This document shows positions 1 through 10,116 of a stretch of DNA of 64,000 nucleotides, in pieces. How positions within the stretch are numbered: the stretch's first letter is position 1; each line of letters opens with the position of its first letter. The notes beneath the pieces are model-generated. The model was given only the letters and a program-made list of their open reading frames with translations, searched no databases and was not told where the DNA came from. Position numbers and translations under genes: made by a program. The stretch comes from Actinomycetes bacterium (GTDB lineage Bacteria; Actinomycetota; Actinomycetes; S36-B12), in NCBI GenBank assembly GCA_024639145.1, contig JAHEIZ010000005.1, positions 4,717-68,716 on the forward strand. The letters are read 5' to 3'.

Positions 1-444
1 CTGGCTGTACGAGACGCCACCCGAGCCGATCTCGATCCGGCCCGTGCCGAAGATCGGAGGGAGCGGCTTGCTCTGCGGGCCGAAGAAGATCAGCCAGAGC
101 TGAGTGCCGATCAGGCTGATGGCCAGGGTCGCGATCAGGCCGCGGGTGCGGAAGTTCGCGCGATCCTGCAGCGGCAGGAAAGCAATCGAGCCGACGAAGA
201 GACCGGCCACGGCCGAACCGGCCATGCCGGAGACGAGCAGGCCGATCGACATCACGGGGCCTTCGGTAATGCCCATATTCGTCAGAGTCTGCGCATAGAG
301 GTACGCGGCATAGCCGCCGGCAGTGAAGATGAAGCCCTGTGCCAGGTTCAGCATGCCGATGCTTGCCCACGTGAACGAGATGCCGATGGCCACCAGGCCG
401 TACATCGATGCCAGCACCGCGGCGCTGATGATGAGCTCGATCAT
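1..444 (-). CDS. branched-chain amino acid ABC transporter permease (LivH/LivM family), C-terminal part runs off the window
   Basis: Absent from the ORF track because there is no stop in the window. My translation from ATG 444..442 gives MIELIISAAVLASMYGLVAIGISFTWASIGMLNLAQGFIFTAGGYAAYLY..., a typical LivH N-terminus. The ATG overlaps the TGA of the upstream ATPase (TGATG). Confidence 0.8.
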   Translation of the reverse strand, partial: MIELIISAAVLASMYGLVAIGISFTWASIGMLNLAQGFIFTAGGYAAYLYAQTLTNMGITEGPVMSIGLLVSGMAGSAVAGLFVGSIAFLPLQDRANFRTRGLIATLAISLIGTQLWLIFFGPQSKPLPPIFGTGRIEIGSGGVSYSQ

Positions 445-1166
445 CAGTGCATCCCTCCTGCTGACGGAGGAACATCGCCGAGTGCCTCGCCGACATCGAG
501 CTTGATCTCACCCGCGTGCATGCCGAGCATGCGATCAACGCGGCCTTCAAGGAGCGGAAGATTCTGCTCGGCGATGATCATCGCCCCCTCGCCGATGTCG
601 ATCTCGCAGAGTGCGGCGACCAGGCCCATCGAGATCTTGGGAGCAAGACCAAGTGAAGGCTCGTCAACCAGGTAGAGCTTGGAGTCCGACATCAGCGCAC
701 GACCCACCGAGACCATGCGACGCTCACCGCCCGAGAGAGTGCCCGCACTCTGCTTGAGAAGCTTGCCCAGCGGCGGAAAGACAGTGATGACGCTGTCACG
801 ACGGCGCTTGCGTGATCGCCAGGAGGCGCTGGTGTAAGCGCCACTGTCGAGATTGTCCTTGACCGACAGGCCCGGGAAGATCGCATCACCTTGCGGTGCG
901 AGGGCGATGCCGCTGCGCACGATGCCCGGAGTCTTGCGACCGACTCCGTGGGTTCGTCGCCCGCCGATCTCCTTGCCTTCGAAGATGATCGAGCCGTCCT
1001 GCCATCCGGTCAGGCCCACGATCGTGCTCAGCAGCGTGGTCTTGCCGTGTCCGTTCAGACCGACAAGGCCGAGGCGCTCGCCTGGCTCGACCGTGAGGTC
1101 GAGGTCATGGAGAACCCGCATCGGGCCGTACCCGGCGGAGATACCGGTGAGCTTGAGAATCGACAT
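444..1166 (-). CDS. ABC transporter ATP-binding protein, LivF-like
   Basis: 240 aa. Walker A GLNGHGKTT, ABC signature LSGGERRM, Walker B LYLVDEPS. Start overlaps the upstream stop (TGATG). Confidence 0.85.
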   Translation of the reverse strand: MSILKLTGISAGYGPMRVLHDLDLTVEPGERLGLVGLNGHGKTTLLSTIVGLTGWQDGSIIFEGKEIGGRRTHGVGRKTPGIVRSGIALAPQGDAIFPGLSVKDNLDSGAYTSASWRSRKRRRDSVITVFPPLGKLLKQSAGTLSGGERRMVSVGRALMSDSKLYLVDEPSLGLAPKISMGLVAALCEIDIGEGAMIIAEQNLPLLEGRVDRMLGMHAGEIKLDVGEALGDVPPSAGGMH

Positions 1167-1912
1167 CAGCTGATCACCAGGTTCCCTTCGAGATCAGCGT
1201 TAATCGGAACGTCGAAGTAGGCCGCCCGCACCTCAGGCGAGGTGAAGACAGTTTCCGGCGGTCCCTCGGCGATGATGTGGCCAACGTCAAGCACGAGAAC
1301 CTTCGACGCAACCATCGCGAGGAGCTCGAGCCGATGCTCGATCAGCAGCACCGCCACGCCGTATTCCTGCGAGAGCTTGCGCACGACGAGATCGATCTCA
1401 TCGATCTCCGATCCGGTCAGGCCGGAGGCCGGCTCGTCGAGCAGGACGATCTGGGGATCCCGAAGCAGCAGGCAGGCAAGCATGAGCTTGCGGCGCTCCA
1501 GGGTTTCGAGTGACGCGGTCGGAGCATCGAGTGGCGTGCGCATGCGCACGAATTCCGCTGCCCATTCCACCGTGAGTCGTGCCGGGAATGGCTTGTAGGC
1601 CTTGCGTGCTGCCTTGAGGGTCTCGCCCACAGTCAGGGCTGCCGGGACAATCGGGCGCTGATAGCTGCGCACCAGGCCGAGCTCTACGCGCTTGCGCATC
1701 GGAAGCTTGCGAATCGACGTGCCGTTGAGAACAACGTCGCCGCCGTGATTGAGCTGGCGGCCGGAGAGAACTTCGAAAAGGCTGGTCTTGCCGGCCCCAT
1801 TGGGGCCGGCAAGACCGACAACCTCTGCCTTGCTCACATCAAGTGACACGCCTTCGAGAATGCGACGTCCGCCAAGGTCCAGCGTGATGTCGGTGCAGGA
1901 AAGAAGTGTCAT
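1166..1912 (-). CDS. ABC transporter ATP-binding protein, LivG-like
   Basis: 248 aa. Walker A GPNGAGKTS, Walker B IVLLDEPASGL. ATG at 1912. Confidence 0.85.
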   Translation of the reverse strand: MTLLSCTDITLDLGGRRILEGVSLDVSKAEVVGLAGPNGAGKTSLFEVLSGRQLNHGGDVVLNGTSIRKLPMRKRVELGLVRSYQRPIVPAALTVGETLKAARKAYKPFPARLTVEWAAEFVRMRTPLDAPTASLETLERRKLMLACLLLRDPQIVLLDEPASGLTGSEIDEIDLVVRKLSQEYGVAVLLIEHRLELLAMVASKVLVLDVGHIIAEGPPETVFTSPEVRAAYFDVPINADLEGNLVIS

Positions 1913-1924
1913 GTGATGTGGTTC

Positions 1925-3247
1925 CTACTTCTGCCAGGGCTGCAGCACGAAGGCTGCCTCGGCGTCATCACTCGGTGCGATGACCGTGTGCTTGCCACCC
2001 TGAACCTGGTAGAAGTAGTGAGTCACGCCCTCTGCTGCGGAGCCAGCAACATCCGGGTAGATGTTCACTGCGCCCTTCGAGAAGTCGAGGTGACCTGTGA
2101 CGCCATCAGTCGGGTTCGCGGCGATGTACTCGTTCACTGCCTTGAAGTCAGACGGATCGACGTTCTTCCAGGCGTTGGCCAGGACGTTGACCATGTCGAA
2201 GCACCACGCCGGGTAGACGAAGCCCATGGTCTTGTCGTCGACGTTGTATGCGGCCTGGTAAGCCTGGCGGAATGCCTTGTCCTCGGGTGAGGTGTTACCG
2301 GTACCGATAACGGTGCCCCACACGTAGCCCTCGGCTGCCGGGCCTGCGATCTGCAGGTACTCGGGCTGCGACGGGCCGTACTGCAGGTAGACGAGCGCGC
2401 CCGGTACGGGATCAGCTGCGAACTGCTGCGAGAACGAGGCGAGCTCCGCACCGATCCAGTGATCGACAACGATGACGCCCGGGTTCGAGGCCTTCAGCTT
2501 CGAGATGACCGGAGCCCAGTCCTTGGTACCTGCGGTGATGTCGATGACCTCGCCGAGGGTCCACTTGCCACCCGAGGCTTCGATGGCCGCGATGAGCGCG
2601 TCAGCGATGTTCTTGTTGTATGCCGTGTCACCGCGGACGATGTCGACCTTGTTATTGGTCGGCTTCCAGGTGCCCGCGTCAGACAGCTGGGTGAGGAACA
2701 CCGGCAGACCGGCGCCGTAGAAGGTCTCTGCGGGATCAGTGAAGTAGTTGCCGTACTTCGCCGGATCGGCCTCGCGCATCTTCTGGGCATCGATGTTGGT
2801 GTCGCCGCTCATGTACGGGGCGCCGTAGGCGGCAGCTGCGTCAAGGGCGGGCGGCGGGATGATGACGAAGGGGCTCACGATGGCGCTCACCTTGTCGCCG
2901 GTCAGCTTCTGGAAGCCGGCGGTGATGCCCTCGGGGGAAAGGATGTCGATGTCGGTGACATCGAGTGCGAGCGGACGACCATTGACGCCGCCTGCGGCGT
3001 TCACCTGGTCGACGGCGAGCTGTGCGCCGTTCCAGCAGTCCTTGTGATCGGCAATGCCTGCCGGGCCGGACTGTGCGATCGCAGCACCGATGGTGATCGG
3101 CTCGCCGCTTGCTGCGGCACCTGAAGCGGCGGCCGAGCCTGCGGGTGCTGCGGATGACGATGACGAACTCGAGCTGCCACCACACGCCGCAAGGAGCATT
3201 GCGGTCGTGGCGATGACACCTGCTGATGCAATCAGACGACGGTTCAC
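1925..3247 (-). CDS. ABC transporter substrate-binding lipoprotein (branched-chain amino acid/amide type)
   Basis: The track ORF extends to 3589. GTG at 3247 is preceded by GGAGG and gives VNRRLIASAGVIATTAMLLAACGG, a signal peptide with a lipobox Cys, followed by a poly-Ser/Ala linker. The body resembles LivJ/LivK-type periplasmic binding proteins. Confidence 0.8.
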   Translation of the reverse strand: MNRRLIASAGVIATTAMLLAACGGSSSSSSSSAAPAGSAAASGAAASGEPITIGAAIAQSGPAGIADHKDCWNGAQLAVDQVNAAGGVNGRPLALDVTDIDILSPEGITAGFQKLTGDKVSAIVSPFVIIPPPALDAAAAYGAPYMSGDTNIDAQKMREADPAKYGNYFTDPAETFYGAGLPVFLTQLSDAGTWKPTNNKVDIVRGDTAYNKNIADALIAAIEASGGKWTLGEVIDITAGTKDWAPVISKLKASNPGVIVVDHWIGAELASFSQQFAADPVPGALVYLQYGPSQPEYLQIAGPAAEGYVWGTVIGTGNTSPEDKAFRQAYQAAYNVDDKTMGFVYPAWCFDMVNVLANAWKNVDPSDFKAVNEYIAANPTDGVTGHLDFSKGAVNIYPDVAGSAAEGVTHYFYQVQGGKHTVIAPSDDAEAAFVLQPWQK

Positions 3248-3389
3248 TGAGCCTCCACAAAAGGGACAAATGCGCACGATGGCGCAGGGTGTGCCAAGAG
3301 TCGTCCTCCTGTGAGCCTGTGACCATACGTAGAAATACGCATATTGCGAGATTTTTGATTTCTGTTCGGTTACGAATGATTGATTCGAG

Positions 3390-4439
3390 GTGAAATGGCT
3401 GCGCCTTTCTCCGCGCCGCTGCCACGATGCCCCCGTGAGCACAGTGACTGTTGCCGAGGCCATGAGCGCCGTCGCGACTGTCGGTGCCATCACCTCTGAC
3501 ACCGGCAGTGTCACGGAGCGAGCGACCGCAATCCTTGAAGAACTGCGCAAGCTCGTTCCCTTCGAGGCGGCCGAAATCGTTTCCATCAATCCGATTACTC
3601 AGGAATCGGTACAAATTGCCTCGCAGGGATACAGCCAGCACGTACTCGATGACCTGCATAGCTCGCAGTTCCACGACATCATGAGTGCGCTCAGGCTCCC
3701 TGAGACGGGCAAGCCCGTGCGCATGCGCGACCTTCCCGGCGATCCCCTCGATAACTGGGCTGTCGCAGACGTGCTCTACCCGGCGGGCTACGCCGAGGGA
3801 ATGACCATGTGCCTGCGCACCCCCGATGGTCGCTTCACCGGCGTCATCAATCTTTCTACCCTGAGCATCGAGCACCCCAGTGACATTGCCCGCGATGCCA
3901 TCGCGCATCTGTGTGCCACCCTCGGAAATCTTGTTGATCCGATGCAGTCAGGGAAGTGGATCTCGATGCTGCTCGGCGCGGGCAGCATGGCCATCGGCCT
4001 GGATTCGGCCGGTGAGACTGTCAGCATTCCCGGACTCGCGAGTCACAAACTGCTGCAGAGCGGCACCGATCTGATCCAGGTAGCCCAGAAGTCGGCGGTG
4101 CACAATTCGTGGGGTTCCTTTGTCTGGCCCGACGAAGAGGACTGGTTCCGCGTGCGCGTTGTTCCCTGCAAGGGCGAGCAGCCGATCAGCACCGTGATCA
4201 GCCTCGATGCCATCGACATTGGCCCCCTGACCCGCCGCGAACTCGAGGTGCTGACCCTTGCCGCGGAAGGACTCTCGAACGGCGAGATCAGCGATGCCCT
4301 GGTGATCAGCAGCCGCACTGTGACCACGCACGTCGAGCACATCCTCGACAAGCTCGATGCGCCCAATCGCGCGGCGGCCGCCTCATACGCGCTTCGCGAG
4401 GGCTACATCCTCGGCAAGGTCGACCGCCACGATCGCTAA
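3390..4439 (+). CDS. LuxR-family transcriptional regulator with N-terminal GAF-like sensor domain
   Basis: C-terminal HTH LTRRELEVLTLAAEGLSNGEISDALVISSRTVTTHVEHILDKLD. The start is uncertain: GTG 3390 has no spacer after GAGG, and downstream GTG/ATG codons are possible. Confidence 0.75.
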   Translation: MKWLRLSPRRCHDAPVSTVTVAEAMSAVATVGAITSDTGSVTERATAILEELRKLVPFEAAEIVSINPITQESVQIASQGYSQHVLDDLHSSQFHDIMSALRLPETGKPVRMRDLPGDPLDNWAVADVLYPAGYAEGMTMCLRTPDGRFTGVINLSTLSIEHPSDIARDAIAHLCATLGNLVDPMQSGKWISMLLGAGSMAIGLDSAGETVSIPGLASHKLLQSGTDLIQVAQKSAVHNSWGSFVWPDEEDWFRVRVVPCKGEQPISTVISLDAIDIGPLTRRELEVLTLAAEGLSNGEISDALVISSRTVTTHVEHILDKLDAPNRAAAASYALREGYILGKVDRHDR

Positions 4440-4473
4440 GCGACCTGGATCGACAGGCGGTGCCCGGAAAGCA

Positions 4474-4499
4474 GAAAGACCGCCCGCAGGCGGTCTTTC
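4474..4499. terminator. GC-rich hairpin, candidate bidirectional terminator
   Basis: GAAAGACCGCC-cgca-GGCGGTCTTTC, an 11-bp perfect stem, between the LuxR stop and the 3' end of tRNA-Ala. Confidence 0.5.
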
Positions 4500-4505
4500 C
4501 TCATG

Positions 4506-4578
4506 TGGAGCTTAGGAGATTCGAACTCCTGACATCTGCCTTGCAAAGGCAGCGCTCTACCAGCTGAGCTAAAGCCCC
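4506..4578 (-). tRNA. tRNA-Ala (anticodon TGC)
   Basis: Reverse complement is GGGGCTTTAGCTCAGCTGGTAGAGCGCTGCCTTTGCAAGGCAGATGTCAGGAGTTCGAATCTCCTAAGCTCCA. It folds as a cloverleaf with anticodon loop TTTGCAA. CCA is not encoded. Confidence 0.95.
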
Positions 4579-4593
4579 GGATGTGAGACCTGA

Positions 4594-4719
4594 CTAGCGC
4601 AGATCAGGCTCGATGGTCGCTTCCGACCACAGATCCTGCTCTGCCTTGTTCGCCGTGATCTGGCGGTATACGACATAGCCGATGCCAGCCAGCAGCACGA
4701 TGAGCAGCAGTTTCTTCAC
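4594..4719 (-). CDS. small single-pass membrane peptide (41 aa), DLW-39-like
   Basis: Below the track cutoff. GTG 4719..4717 to TAG 4596..4594 gives VKKLLLIVLLAGIGYVVYRQITANKAEQDLWSEATIEPDLR. It has a basic N-terminus, one hydrophobic helix and a DLW motif. It lies between tRNA-Ile and tRNA-Ala downstream of gyrA, as I recall for this family. Confidence 0.6.
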   Translation of the reverse strand: MKKLLLIVLLAGIGYVVYRQITANKAEQDLWSEATIEPDLR

Positions 4720-4720
4720 G

Positions 4721-4795
4721 TGGGCCCAGGAGGACTTGAACCTCCGACCTCTTCCTTATCAGGGAAGCGCTCTAACCAGGCTGAGCTATGGGCCC
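4721..4795 (-). tRNA. tRNA-Ile (anticodon GAT)
   Basis: Reverse complement is GGGCCCATAGCTCAGCCTGGTTAGAGCGCTTCCCTGATAAGGAAGAGGTCGGAGGTTCAAGTCCTCCTGGGCCCA, with anticodon loop CTGATAA. Confidence 0.95.
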
Positions 4796-4875
4796 GAACG
4801 GGGTCAAACAATACCCAGTGCCCCATGGGGCCGTCCAACTGACCTCGCTCGGAGCCCCTCCCGGGGGTCGATCCC

Positions 4876-5262
4876 CTAGTAGTCGTCGCTCAGGACGACT
4901 TCGATTCCACCGGTCATCGCGACCGTGAGGTTGTACATGACGGCGAAGAGGCCGGCGAAGATCGAGACCAGCACGATCTCAACAGACGCGATGACCACCG
5001 TGGCTCCGATGACCGTGGGGAAGCTCAGCAGGCCGATGAGGTCAATGGTGTTCGCCGAGTTACCCACGACGTCATTGACATTGCGGGCCAGGGTGTCGAA
5101 GACGCCAATCGTGTTCAGCAGCAGCCACAAAACCGTGACCGCAACGATGAGCACGAGACCAATGGCCACCGCCAGCAGGAATGCCGCCTTGGTGATCGAC
5201 CAGGCATTGACGTGGGTGACATACAGCCGGGCACGCCGCGGGGCGCGGGCTGCATCGCTCAC
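4876..5262 (-). CDS. DUF3566-like transmembrane protein
   Basis: 128 aa, GTG start at 5262, 3 nt after the gyrA stop. It has two long hydrophobic segments. A small membrane protein in this position after gyrA is conserved in Actinobacteria. Confidence 0.7.
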   Translation of the reverse strand: MSDAARAPRRARLYVTHVNAWSITKAAFLLAVAIGLVLIVAVTVLWLLLNTIGVFDTLARNVNDVVGNSANTIDLIGLLSFPTVIGATVVIASVEIVLVSIFAGLFAVMYNLTVAMTGGIEVVLSDDY

Positions 5263-5265
5263 GTC

Positions 5266-7878
5266 TTACTCCTCGCCCTCGTTCACAGGAGCACCCTCGG
5301 AGACTTCGTCCGCTGATGCCTCGATGGTCGCTGCCTCGTCGACTGCAGCATCGACGACCTCGGAGTCGTCGGACTCATCATCGTCGTCGGACTCGCCGCC
5401 GCGTGCGACAGCCACGATGGCATCGCCCTCGGAGAGATTCATGAACTTCACGCCCATGGTGTCGCGGCCCGAGGGGCGAATGCCCTCCACGCTGGAGCGA
5501 ATGACCACGCCGTTCGAGGCGATGGCGAACACCTGATCGGTGGCCTCGCAGATGAGAGCACCCACCAGTGAGCCACGCTCCTCGACAAGGCGCATCGCGC
5601 GTACGCCGAGGATTCCACGGCCCTTTGCTGCCCACTCGCCCACCGCGGTGCGCTTGGCGAATCCACCATCGGTGATCGTCACGACGAAGGTGTCATCGCG
5701 CACGACATCCATGGCGAGAAGAGCATCACCGTCACGGAAGCGCATGCCGATCACACCACCCGTGGCGCGACCCATCGGACGCAGGGTGTCATCGTCTGCG
5801 ACGAATCGGGCTGACATGCCCTTGCGGGAGAACAGCATCAGGTTGTCGCTGGCGGACACGAGCTTCGCCGAGATCAGTTCGTCCTCATCGGCGAGGTTGA
5901 TCGCGATGATGCCGCCCTGTCGATTGGTGTCGTACTCGCCGAGCTTGGTCTTCTTGACCATTCCGCGACGGGTGGCCAGCACCAGGAAGTCGGCATCCTC
6001 GTAATTCGGGATAGCGAGAACCGAGGCGATGGTCTCATCGCTCTGGAAGGCGAGGAGATTCGCGACGTGCTGACCGCGCGCATCACGACCGGCCTCGGGA
6101 AGCTGGTAGCCCTTTGCCCGGTAGACGCGACCCTTGTTGGTGAAGAACAGCAGCCAGTGGTGAGTGGTCGTGACGAACATGTGCTCGACGACGTCGTCCT
6201 GGCGAAGTGCTGCACCCTTGACGCCCTTGCCACCGCGCTTCTGTGCACGGTAGAGCTCCGCCTTCGTGCGCTTCGCGTAACCACCCGAGGTGATCGTGAC
6301 GACGATGTCGTCGACGGCGATGAGATCCTCATCGGTGACATCGCCATCCCAGGCGACTATCTGAGAGCGCCGCTCGTCACCGAACTTCTCGGTGATCTCG
6401 GTGAGCTCCTCCGACACGATGGTGCGCTGGCGAAGCTCGCTGGCGAGGATGTCGTTGAAGTCAGCGATCTTGGTCATCAGATCGTCGTATTCGTCCATGA
6501 TCTTCTGGCGCTCGAGAGCGGCCAGGCGACGCAGCTGCATGTCGAGGATCGCCGTGGCCTGCAGCTCATCGAGCTCGAGCAGTGCCATGAGGCCAGAACG
6601 AGCGTCCTCAACAGTGGCCGATGCGCGGATGAGCGCAATGACTTCATCGAGTGCATCGAGTGCCTTGAGGTAACCGCGCAGGATGTGCGCGCGCTCCTCG
6701 GCCTTGCGCAGGCGGTAGCGGGTGCGACGCTGGATGACCTCGATCTGGTGGGTGATCCAGTGACGGACGAACTGCTCGAGAGTGAGCGTGCGAGGCACGC
6801 CGTCGACGATCGCGAGCATGTTGCAGCCGAAGTTGTCCTGCAGCTGGGTGTGCTTGTAGAGCTGGTTCAGCACAACCTGTGCGACAGCGTCGCGCTTGAG
6901 CTCGATAATCAGGCGCATGCCGGTACGTGACGACGAGTCATCACGCACATCGGCAATACCGGTGAGCTTGCCCTCGCCGACGAGCTCAGCAATGCGCAGC
7001 AGCAGGTTGTCGGGGTTGACCTGGTACGGCAGCTCGGTCACGACCAGCAGCTGACGACCGCGGGCATCCTCCTCGACCGTGACAACGGCGCGCATCGTGA
7101 CGGAGCCACGGCCGGTGCGCTGGGCATCCTCGATGCCCTTGCGTCCGACGATCAGTGCACCGGTCGGGAAATCCGGGCCCTTGATGCGCTCCATGAGTGC
7201 CGCAAGGCGCTCCTCGCGCTCGGCGTCGGGATTCTCGAGCATCCACTGTGCACCGGCTGCGACCTCGCGCAGATTGTGCGGCGGGATGTTCGTAGCCATG
7301 CCGACGGCAATACCAGAACTGCCATTGACCAGCAGGTTCGGGAAGCGGCTCGGGAGTACCAAGGGCTCCTGGGTGCGACCGTCGTAGTTAGGGCCGAAGT
7401 CGACCGTTTCCTCGTCGATATCGCGCACCATCTCCATGGCAAGCGGGGCCATGCGGCACTCGGTGTAACGCTGGGCAGCAGCGGGATCGTTGCCGGGTGA
7501 GCCGAAGTTTCCCTGGCCCTGCACCAGTGGGTAGCGCAGTGACCACGGCTGGGCCAGGCGCACGAGTGCGTCGTAGATCGCACTGTCGCCGTGCGGGTGG
7601 TAGTTGCCCATGACATCGCCGACCACGCGCGCTGACTTCGAGAAGTTGCGATCGGGGCGGTAGCCGCCGTCGTACATCGCGTAGAGCACGCGGCGATGCA
7701 CGGGCTTGAGACCATCGCGCACATCAGGGAGCGCACGCGAGACGATGACCGACATCGAGTAGTCGAGGTAGGACCGCTGCATCTCGGTCTGAAGGTCGAC
7801 GGCCTCAATGCGGCCGTGCGCACCCGGGTGCTCCTCGGTACCTGAGCCGATGGTGTCGAGCTTGTTGTCGTCAGACAT
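5266..7878 (-). CDS. gyrA: DNA gyrase subunit A
   Basis: Contains ...[35 protein letters not shown]...[17 protein letters not shown]... and an acidic C-terminal tail. ATG 7878 is preceded by GGAGAA. The track start at 7881 is a TTG one codon upstream. Confidence 0.97.
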   Translation of the reverse strand: MSDDNKLDTIGSGTEEHPGAHGRIEAVDLQTEMQRSYLDYSMSVIVSRALPDVRDGLKPVHRRVLYAMYDGGYRPDRNFSKSARVVGDVMGNYHPHGDSAIYDALVRLAQPWSLRYPLVQGQGNFGSPGNDPAAAQRYTECRMAPLAMEMVRDIDEETVDFGPNYDGRTQEPLVLPSRFPNLLVNGSSGIAVGMATNIPPHNLREVAAGAQWMLENPDAEREERLAALMERIKGPDFPTGALIVGRKGIEDAQRTGRGSVTMRAVVTVEEDARGRQLLVVTELPYQVNPDNLLLRIAELVGEGKLTGIADVRDDSSSRTGMRLIIELKRDAVAQVVLNQLYKHTQLQDNFGCNMLAIVDGVPRTLTLEQFVRHWITHQIEVIQRRTRYRLRKAEERAHILRGYLKALDALDEVIALIRASATVEDARSGLMALLELDELQATAILDMQLRRLAALERQKIMDEYDDLMTKIADFNDILASELRQRTIVSEELTEITEKFGDERRSQIVAWDGDVTDEDLIAVDDIVVTITSGGYAKRTKAELYRAQKRGGKGVKGAALRQDDVVEHMFVTTTHHWLLFFTNKGRVYRAKGYQLPEAGRDARGQHVANLLAFQSDETIASVLAIPNYEDADFLVLATRRGMVKKTKLGEYDTNRQGGIIAINLADEDELISAKLVSASDNLMLFSRKGMSARFVADDDTLRPMGRATGGVIGMRFRDGDALLAMDVVRDDTFVVTITDGGFAKRTAVGEWAAKGRGILGVRAMRLVEERGSLVGALICEATDQVFAIASNGVVIRSSVEGIRPSGRDTMGVKFMNLSEGDAIVAVARGGESDDDDESDDSEVVDAAVDEAATIEASADEVSEGAPVNEGEE

Positions 7879-7899
7879 CAATTTCTCCGTTAGCCGAGC

Positions 7900-9864
7900 T
7901 TAGATATCGAGGAAGCGCACGTCGCGTGCGTTCTGCTGGATGAAGTTGCGGCGAGACTCGACGTCCTCGCCCATGAGCACGCTGAACATCTCATCGGCCT
8001 GCGCGGCGTCATCGAGAGTGACCTGCAGCAGAACACGGCGCTGGGGATCCATTGTTGTTTCCCAGAGCTCATCGGCATTCATCTCGCCGAGACCCTTGTA
8101 CCGCTGCACTGCCTCTTCCTTGGGAAGACGACGACCAGCAGCCATGCCCGCCTCGATCACCGCATCGCGCTCACGATCGGAGTACACGTAATCAGGAGCC
8201 TCGCGTGACCACTTGATCTTGTACAGCGGCGGCTGTGCGAGGAAGACATAGCCCTGCTCGACGAGTGGACGCATGAAGCGGAAGAGCAGGGTCAGCAGCA
8301 GCGTGCGAATGTGCTGGCCATCGACGTCGGCATCGGCCATGAGCACGATCTTGTGATAACGCAGACGGTTGATATCGAATTCATCCTGCACACCGGTGCC
8401 GAAGGCGGACACGAGTGCCTGCACCTCAGTGTTGGCGAGCACCTTGTCGATACGCGCCTTCTCGACATTGAGGATCTTGCCGCGGATCGGGAGGATCGCC
8501 TGGCGCTTGGGATCACGGCCCTGTCGAGCGGATCCACCTGCCGAGTCACCCTCGACGATGAAGACCTCGCACTCCTCGGGCTCACGGCTCGAGCAGTCGA
8601 TGAGCTTGCCGGGCATGCCCGCGCCGCCGAGAAGGCCCTTGCGGTTGCGGGCCAGGTCACGCGCCTTGCGCGCAGCCATGCGGGCACTGGCCGCGTTGAC
8701 CGCCTTGCGAGCAATCTCCTTGCCTTCGGCTGGATTCTTCTCGAACCATTCACCGAGGCACTCGTTCACGACCTTCTGCACGAAAGCCTTCATCTCGGTG
8801 TTGCCGAGCTTGGTCTTGGTTTGACCCTCGAACTGCGGATCCATCAGCTTCACGCTGATGATCGCGGTGAGGCCCTCGCGAACGTCGTCGCCGGAGAGGT
8901 TGGCTTCCTTCTCCTTGAGGATGTTCCATTCGCGTGCGAACTTGTTGACGAGAGTGGTCAGCGCCGCTCGGAAGCCTTCCTCGTGCGTACCACCCTCGGT
9001 CGTGTTGATGGTGTTCGCAAAGGTGTACACCGACTCGGAGTAAGTGGTGTTCCACTGCATGGCGACCTCGGCGCTCATGCGGCGATCCTCGGCTTCAGAC
9101 TCCATGTAGATGATGGTGGGATTCGCGACGCCCTTGCTCGCATTGATGTGCGCGACGAAGTCGGCGATACCGCCCTCGTAGTGGTAGCGCACGCGTCGCA
9201 CGGACTCGACCTCGTCGGTGCTGTCGATGTCGTCGCTGACAATCGGCGCGCGCTCATCGATGAGTTCGAGTGCCAGGCCCTTGTTCAGGAAGGCCATCTC
9301 CTGGAAGCGACGCGAGAGCGTGCTGAAGTCGTAGGTAGTGGTCTCGAAGATGTCGCCATCTGCCCAGAAGGTAATCGTCGTGCCGGTGTGCTCGGAGGTA
9401 CCGCTCTTCTCGAGCTTGGCCTGCGGTACGCCATGCATGTAGCTCTGGCGATAGATCGCCTGATCACGCTTGACCTCGACATCAAGGCGAGTTGAGAGAG
9501 CGTTCACGACGGAGACACCCACGCCGTGCAGTCCACCGGAGACCGAGTAGCCGCTGCCGCCGAACTTTCCGCCGGCATGCAGGACAGTCAGGACGACCTC
9601 GACGGCCGGCTTCTTCTCGATCGGATGCTCATCGACCGGAATACCGCGACCGTTGTCGACAACGCGCACACCTCCGTCGGCAAGGAGGGTGACGACGATG
9701 TCGGTCGCGTAGCCGGCCATGGCCTCATCGACGGAGTTGTCGACTACCTCATAGACGAGGTGATGCAATCCGCGCTCACCCGTGGAGCCGATGTACATGC
9801 CTGGGCGCTTGCGAACGGCGTCCAGGCCTTCGAGAACGGTAATCGCGCTGGCGTCATACGACAC
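7900..9864 (-). CDS. gyrB: DNA gyrase subunit B
   Basis: The ORF is open to 10020, but GTG 9864 is preceded by AAAGGAGG with a 10-nt spacer and gives [29 protein letters not shown], the canonical GyrB N-terminus. Confidence 0.95.
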   Translation of the reverse strand: MSYDASAITVLEGLDAVRKRPGMYIGSTGERGLHHLVYEVVDNSVDEAMAGYATDIVVTLLADGGVRVVDNGRGIPVDEHPIEKKPAVEVVLTVLHAGGKFGGSGYSVSGGLHGVGVSVVNALSTRLDVEVKRDQAIYRQSYMHGVPQAKLEKSGTSEHTGTTITFWADGDIFETTTYDFSTLSRRFQEMAFLNKGLALELIDERAPIVSDDIDSTDEVESVRRVRYHYEGGIADFVAHINASKGVANPTIIYMESEAEDRRMSAEVAMQWNTTYSESVYTFANTINTTEGGTHEEGFRAALTTLVNKFAREWNILKEKEANLSGDDVREGLTAIISVKLMDPQFEGQTKTKLGNTEMKAFVQKVVNECLGEWFEKNPAEGKEIARKAVNAASARMAARKARDLARNRKGLLGGAGMPGKLIDCSSREPEECEVFIVEGDSAGGSARQGRDPKRQAILPIRGKILNVEKARIDKVLANTEVQALVSAFGTGVQDEFDINRLRYHKIVLMADADVDGQHIRTLLLTLLFRFMRPLVEQGYVFLAQPPLYKIKWSREAPDYVYSDRERDAVIEAGMAAGRRLPKEEAVQRYKGLGEMNADELWETTMDPQRRVLLQVTLDDAAQADEMFSVLMGEDVESRRNFIQQNARDVRFLDI

Positions 9865-10116
9865 TTCGGCGAGCCTCCTTTTCGGGTCACGGGGACCTGC
9901 GTGCACGGCTGCCCGACCGGCCCGCAGCCTCAGGGGTAACTCGTGAGGAATCGGACGGTTCGGGCACTGCGGGGAAGGACTTAAGTCTACCTGTTTTCCG
10001 GGTAATTCCCCGCGCGCCACGGGCCTGTGCCCGACCCAACGGGATTTACCCCCCCATTCACGTGGTGGTGTATTGACCAGGCATGTTTCGGGCGACAGGG
10101 GCCTGTGATGCCTCGC

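Noticed and set aside
3395-3499. 34-codon ORF rich in Cys/His (MAAPFSAPLPRCPREHSDCCRGHERRRDCRCHHL) at the 5' end of the LuxR gene, with ATG 4 nt after GAGG
   Set aside because: It is tempting as a metal-binding leader peptide. However, it overlaps the regulator ORF out of frame. The Cys/His/Arg richness is what the TGC/CAC/CGN-rich alternative frame of GC-rich coding DNA produces. There is no way to show conservation from this window.
2841-3908. 355-aa minus-strand ORF spanning the SBP 5' end, the divergent promoter region and the LuxR N-terminus
   Set aside because: It crosses an intergenic AT-rich promoter region and overlaps two better-supported genes in other frames.
4440-4875. tRNA-Ala/tRNA-Ile locus inspected as a possible integration hotspot
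   Set aside because: There is no integrase, no direct repeat of a tRNA 3' end, and no composition shift. The flanks are conserved backbone genes (a LuxR regulator on one side, DUF3566/gyrA on the other).
8311-9495. 394-aa plus-strand ORF antisense to gyrB, with similar ORFs at 6067..6930 (gyrA), 24016..24762 (cwlM) and 29790..30596 (murJ)
   Set aside because: All lie opposite strongly supported genes. They have shadow-frame composition and no independent evidence.
9865-10020. 52-codon N-terminal extension of gyrB in the track ORF
   Set aside because: The extension ([18 protein letters not shown]...) resembles no GyrB N-terminus. A strong AAAGGAGG precedes GTG 9864, which gives the canonical start.
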